64,000 nt of DNA from Sedimentisphaerales bacterium (lineage in GTDB: Bacteria > Planctomycetota > Phycisphaerae > Sedimentisphaerales > Anaerobacaceae), in the NCBI GenBank assembly GCA_963708075.1, contig OY970194.1:4352001-4416000 (forward strand), in the 5' to 3' direction. Made by a program: the position numbers and the translations under genes. The notes beneath the pieces were generated by a model. It saw only the letters and a program-made list of their open reading frames with translations, was not told where the DNA came from and searched no databases. Within the stretch, counting starts at the first letter, position 1, and each line of letters begins with the position of its first letter. Shown piece by piece: positions 59,455-64,000 of this stretch.

Positions 59455-60351
59455 TCACTCGAGCCAGTCAATGTGCATCCTGTACGTGAGGGGCTGGTAC
59501 TCTCTGTGCCATCGGAGTTGCCAGAGGTCCGTGAGCATGACCTTGCCGGCAGATCCATCCATGAAGGTCACGTTGATGCCTCTGCTGTGCCTGTTGATCG
59601 TCAGTCTCGCCATGTCCCAGTTCCAATCGCCGGGCTCGTCGGGGTTCTTCCGCTCCCACCAGTCCTCGGTGGGCGTAGGGTCGCCGCCATTGGCCCAGGA
59701 GTTGTCCTGAGGGCTGATGGGATTCGTGCCGAACCAGGTGCAGTCGCTGACCATCGGGATTTCCGCCGTCTGCCTGGCCTGGGTGGTCTTCCACTGGCGT
59801 TTCGGCTGGCTCCTCCAGCCCATCGTGGACGGCGGGTCCACCGAGCAGATCCAGAAATTGATCCCGTAGCTGCCGTAATTCTTTTCCGCGTCGGGGCCGA
59901 ACTTGTGGTTGAGCATGATCTGCCCGGGACCCCACTGGCAGAACGTCGTGCCGATGCCGCCGTTGATGCCGTTGCGCCTGCTGGCGCTGGGACAGACGCG
60001 AAACTCATCGATATCGCCGTAGAGGCGGCTCAGGTTGGGCATCCATCCGCCCTGGGCAACGCCGGTCTGCCAGACGTTGTGCTCCGTCCAGAATTTGTCG
60101 CTGTTGTCGGTCGTGTACATGAGAAAGATGGTTCCCCACTGGCGCAGGTGCGCGATGCACACAGCAGATTGGCCGAGCTTCCTCGCCTTGCTCAACGCCG
60201 GCATCAGGATGCCCATCAGCAGCGCGATGACGGCAATCACCACCAGCAGCTCGATGAGAGTGAACGCGGCACTCGCCGGGCCGCGCGCCGGGCAGTGGAC
60301 GACGCGGCTTCTATGCCTTTCGGTCCGTTGTGTCCGCCTTCTCTCCGGCAT
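59455..60351 (-). CDS. Prepilin-type N-terminal cleavage/methylation protein with H-X9-DG motif
   Basis: [37 protein letters not shown]. Confidence 0.88.
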   Translation of the reverse strand: MPERRRTQRTERHRSRVVHCPARGPASAAFTLIELLVVIAVIALLMGILMPALSKARKLGQSAVCIAHLRQWGTIFLMYTTDNSDKFWTEHNVWQTGVAQGGWMPNLSRLYGDIDEFRVCPSASRRNGINGGIGTTFCQWGPGQIMLNHKFGPDAEKNYGSYGINFWICSVDPPSTMGWRSQPKRQWKTTQARQTAEIPMVSDCTWFGTNPISPQDNSWANGGDPTPTEDWWERKNPDEPGDWNWDMARLTINRHSRGINVTFMDGSAGKVMLTDLWQLRWHREYQPLTYRMHIDWLE

Positions 60352-60393
60352 GATTGCACATTCGACCGATCCTACGCCTTGTGAGGCGCGCTC

Positions 60394-61191
60394 TCAGTTG
60401 CGGGTCGGCGTGTAGCCCAACTCGCCGAAGACGCCCCGCTGGACACGATGCAGATCCTCATTGCCCGCCTGCGTCGATTCACCCGAGAGACGCGGACCAT
60501 TCTGCCAGGCACCGATCTCCATCTTGGCGACATCGAGCGTGCGAGGGTCCTTCCACTTCCAGTATTCGCTGTGCGCATCGGCGAAGGAGAAGTTCGTGCC
60601 GTCACCGTGCCGAGCGGTGATCTGATCCCACCAGCGCTCCTGATCAAACCAGATCGTCCAACTGGAGGGACTGAGCCGGCCCTCATCCAGGAAGATGATC
60701 TGCTCGCTCAGACTGCGGATCTGAGTCTTCAGGGTCTTGATGTGCGGCTTAATTGACTCCGTGATGAACCAGTGGCCGTTCATGGAATCGGGAATGGCGT
60801 AGGTGACGACCTCGCCGCGAACGCCCGTCGGGCACTTGTACAACCTGTCGTTGGGGCAGTACCGGTAGATCAGTCCCCGTCGAAGTCCGTCAATCTTCTC
60901 CTGCTGCGTTGCGGTAGCGCTGTTCACGAAGTAAACCCAACACACGCCATCCCGGTTAGAGGCCCCGGTGGATGTGCTTCCACTCATGATCTTGGCGTCG
61001 TAGTCGTCGGCGTAGAGATTCCACGCCAGCGCCATCTGCTTGGTATTACCCATGCAGGCGGCTCGCTTGCCCTGCTCCCTCGCCCGGCTGAGGGCCGGCA
61101 TGAGGATCGACATGAGCAAAGCGATAATGGCGATGACGACCAGCAACTCGATGAGTGTAAACGCACGTGAGGTTCTCTGCTGCCTGTTCAT
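60394..61191 (-). CDS. Prepilin-type N-terminal cleavage/methylation protein with H-X9-DG-like motif
   Basis: [38 protein letters not shown]. Confidence 0.88.
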   Translation of the reverse strand: MNRQQRTSRAFTLIELLVVIAIIALLMSILMPALSRAREQGKRAACMGNTKQMALAWNLYADDYDAKIMSGSTSTGASNRDGVCWVYFVNSATATQQEKIDGLRRGLIYRYCPNDRLYKCPTGVRGEVVTYAIPDSMNGHWFITESIKPHIKTLKTQIRSLSEQIIFLDEGRLSPSSWTIWFDQERWWDQITARHGDGTNFSFADAHSEYWKWKDPRTLDVAKMEIGAWQNGPRLSGESTQAGNEDLHRVQRGVFGELGYTPTRN

Positions 61192-61227
61192 AGTCTTTTC
61201 ACCTATATCGCATCATGAAGTACATCG

Positions 61228-62388
61228 TTACTCCGTGTCCCTCGTCCACCCGTATTCATACGCGGCATCGAACAGTGCCACGATATTCTCCGGCGGCACG
61301 TCCGCCTGGATATTGTGGATACTGTTGAACACGTATCCACCTCCCGGCTTGAACGTCTCCATGTTGCGGCGGACCTGCTCGCGAACCTGCTCGGGCGTCG
61401 CGGAGGGCAGGACATGCTGGCTGTCGCAGCCCCCGCCCCAGAACACCATGTCGCGGCCGTACCGCTGCTTCAGCAGCGCCGGGTCCATCCCGGCGGCACT
61501 CGTCTGCACCGGGTTGAGAATATCGATCCCATTGTCGAGCAAATCCGGTATATATTCAACGCAACTGCCACACGTATGATACCAGATTTTTGCCTGTGTG
61601 AGCGATTTTATTCGCTGCACGAGCGTTTTTTGGCGGGGCTTGACGACCCGGCGATAGAAGGCCGGCGAGAACAGCGGTCCGCTCTGGCCGGCCAGGTCGT
61701 CGCCGATCATCACCACGTCAACGAGGTCGCCGACCTCCCGCATGAAGCCCGTCAGGTAATCCAGCCAGAACGCCAGGGTGCGGTCCAGCAGGGCGGCACA
61801 GAACTCCGGCTGCTCGATCATATCCATGAACCACCGCTCCAGGCCCCGCAAGTACCAGCAGTACTCATACACGACGCCGCTGATCCCGGTGGCCAGGGCG
61901 TAAGGAGTTTCCTTACGAAGGGTCTGCGCGTGCTTGCGGACGCCGGTAAACCGCGTCGGGTCGGCGCCGTTTGGCCAGGGATAGGCTGCAAGGTCCTTGA
62001 TGCCGGCCGACGCCAGCGGGTGGTGTGAGATGTCCATATACAGGCCGTGGTCGGCGGGCATGGACCAAATAACGCCGAACTCGTCCTTCAGGTCGTGCCA
62101 CAGCCGGCCGTTGCGCTCGACCTTGCGAATCGTGCCGTCGAAACCATCCGGCCCGTGGGCCAGGACGTAGCGGGTGTCCACGTGGAATCGCTGCAGCAGC
62201 TCCTCGCACGGCCGGGCCAGTTGCTGCACAGGGTCCAGGATCGTCACCTCATCCCTGATACCCATGTGATCGATCAGCCGGCGATAGGCATTCCTGTGAA
62301 TCCCCGTCTGGAACCCGCCGAAATCGATGGGGACCCGGTCGGGCGATTCATGGTTCAGCGCCTTGCGAACACGTTCTCTCGAAGTCAT
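61228..62388 (-). CDS. Uroporphyrinogen decarboxylase superfamily protein
   Basis: MTSRERV..SPDRVP, GDDLAGQ, YHTCGS, NPVQ, FWGGG, HNIQ. Confidence 0.88.
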   Translation of the reverse strand: MTSRERVRKALNHESPDRVPIDFGGFQTGIHRNAYRRLIDHMGIRDEVTILDPVQQLARPCEELLQRFHVDTRYVLAHGPDGFDGTIRKVERNGRLWHDLKDEFGVIWSMPADHGLYMDISHHPLASAGIKDLAAYPWPNGADPTRFTGVRKHAQTLRKETPYALATGISGVVYEYCWYLRGLERWFMDMIEQPEFCAALLDRTLAFWLDYLTGFMREVGDLVDVVMIGDDLAGQSGPLFSPAFYRRVVKPRQKTLVQRIKSLTQAKIWYHTCGSCVEYIPDLLDNGIDILNPVQTSAAGMDPALLKQRYGRDMVFWGGGCDSQHVLPSATPEQVREQVRRNMETFKPGGGYVFNSIHNIQADVPPENIVALFDAAYEYGWTRDTE

Positions 62389-62507
62389 CTTTCCCTCAAG
62401 CACTACCTGGCCAACTCTGTTTCGATCCATGGGCATCCCCAGGATCATACACTGTCACGAACGCAAAGGGAAGAGAACCGGGCAACGTCGAAAAGACGGA
62501 ACATTTT

Positions 62508-62537
62508 TTGGGTGACGCCGCCACGTTCGTCTATAAT
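62508..62537 (+). promoter_or_regulatory. Possible sigma70 promoter of the LamG gene
   Basis: Perfect TATAAT at 62532-62537; weak -35. Confidence 0.3.
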
Positions 62538-62703
62538 GAGTGTTCCAGGAGCAGGGTAGTCATGGAGGCATCGGCGCCGGGCGGGCCCGCGACAGGGTTC
62601 GCAGGGGCTCCCGGCACACGTTCAACGGAGGAACAGGGCACCCGTGCGATCAGCAGCGTCCCGGCTACGAAGGGCTTGAGCTTGTCTTTTGGAGGTCATG
62701 GTA

Positions 62704-64000
62704 ATGAACAAGACGAGAGTGTTCCTGATGGCGTGTCTGGTCGGATTGGCCGCACAGGCGACGTTCGCCGTGCCATACACGGTGGATTCCCATACGCTTC
62801 ACCTGTATCACTTCGATGGCAACACCAATGACAGTGTGACCACCAACCCGATCCACCTCGTTCTGGATTCAGGGGCAACGACGATAGACGCGAAGCTCCC
62901 GGGGCTGGGGCAGGCGCTTTACACCTATGAAGGCACGGCCACGACAAACCAGAACCTGCCCTCCGCCATGGCGACCCCGGAGGTGGCCATCCGCAACTTC
63001 GTCGGCTCGGACGGGGCGTTCACGTTCGAGGCCCTTGTCTGCCCCGCGTTCGGCCTGGGGGCGATGCCCAACAACATGCAGATCATCTCCGGCGAGCACA
63101 ATTCGAGCCGCGGGTGGCAGTTCCGGGTGGAATCCGCGGGCAACCTGACTTTCATCAAACTGACGGGAACCGTTCAGACGATCGCGACCCCCCTTCCGAA
63201 GGACGGAGCTCATGCCTTCGTCGCAAACAAATGGTTCCACGTCGCGGTCACCTACAATGGCCAGGCAGATACGGACGGGAACATGAAATTCTACTGGACC
63301 GCGATGGATTCGAAGGTACCTGCACCCGTCCTGCTGGGCTCATTTCGAATGACCACCGACCTGGACCCGGCGGTCGCTCCCTTCTTCGTGGTTGGCAACG
63401 AGGGACGCGACAGTAACGGCAGAACAGAGAACTGGGAGGGCTGGATCGACGAGGTGCGCATCAGCGACATTGCCCGCAACATAGATGATATGTCCCCGTT
63501 CGTCGATACAGGCGCCGCCGCCGCCCCCGCCCCGGCCAATGGCGCCACCGACGTGCCTCGCAACGTGGTGCTGAGCTGGACACCCGGCGAGTCGGCCGTC
63601 ACCAGCGACGTGTATTTCGGCGCGTCAGCCGACGACGTCGCCGGCGCCAGCGTGAGCAATCCGCTGGGCGTGCTGGTCAGCCAGGGCCAGGATGCGAATA
63701 CCTGTGATGCCGGGCGGCTTGAATTCGGACAAAACTACTACTGGCGCATCGACGGCGTCGGTGCAGCCCCCGACTTGGCGACCTCCAAAGGGAAAGTGTG
63801 GAGCTTCACGGTCGAGCCGTATTCCTATCCGATCACCAAGATAACGGCCACCGCTTCCAGCTCGAGCAAAAATGCCGGGCCGGAGAAGACCGTCGATGGC
63901 TCAGGTCTCAATGCGAACGGCCAACACTCGGTCATGATGACAGACATGTGGCTCAGCGCCAACGAACCCACCCAGACGGCTTGGATTCAGTACGCCTTCG
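62704..64000 (+). CDS. Secreted LamG-domain protein with the same scaffold as 53294-59101 (runs off the window; absent from the ORF track)
   Basis: GGAGG RBS; MNKTRVFLMACLVGLAAQATFA, LYHFDG, WFHVAVTY, GWIDEVRIS, then DVYFG, YYWRID, VWSFTVEP. Confidence 0.85.
   Translation, partial: MNKTRVFLMACLVGLAAQATFAVPYTVDSHTLHLYHFDGNTNDSVTTNPIHLVLDSGATTIDAKLPGLGQALYTYEGTATTNQNLPSAMATPEVAIRNFVGSDGAFTFEALVCPAFGLGAMPNNMQIISGEHNSSRGWQFRVESAGNLTFIKLTGTVQTIATPLPKDGAHAFVANKWFHVAVTYNGQADTDGNMKFYWTAMDSKVPAPVLLGSFRMTTDLDPAVAPFFVVGNEGRDSNGRTENWEGWIDEVRISDIARNIDDMSPFVDTGAAAAPAPANGATDVPRNVVLSWTPGESAVTSDVYFGASADDVAGASVSNPLGVLVSQGQDANTCDAGRLEFGQNYYWRIDGVGAAPDLATSKGKVWSFTVEPYSYPITKITATASSSSKNAGPEKTVDGSGLNANGQHSVMMTDMWLSANEPTQTAWIQYAF

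Overview
A GC-rich bacterial window of about 40 genes. The gene families (prepilin-type H-X9-DG proteins, expanded LamG/discoidin-like secreted paralogs, UroD-family paralogs, DUF1080, a PEP-CTERM-like tail) suggest a Planctomycetota/Phycisphaerae-like genome; this is inference. Left to right: (1) a giant Gly-rich surface protein with a PEP-CTERM-like tail; (2) an exported Gfo/Idh/MocA + TIM-barrel + DUF1080 sugar-catabolism cluster; (3) an AmmeMemoRadiSam operon with a lipoprotein MEMO1-AMMECR1 fusion, a small RR-motif peptide, and a 1288-aa spermidine-synthase-like/FMN-binding/4Fe-4S membrane fusion, carrying several REP-like and heptamer repeats inside coding sequence; (4) UroD-like, glycosidase-like, nitroreductase and PatB-like genes; (5) a ~25.5-kb Wzx/Wzy exopolysaccharide cluster that includes TPP E1alpha/E1beta, a lipoyl-PglD/NeuD acyltransferase fusion and a DegT aminotransferase; (6) an internally deleted GH51; (7) modular secreted paralogs and pilin-like proteins. 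No rRNA, tRNA, CRISPR-cas or transposase was recognised. Several single-base frameshifts are present, and three of them are the same +1 change at GGTCTC/GAGACC. All product calls come from motif recognition by eye, not database searches.
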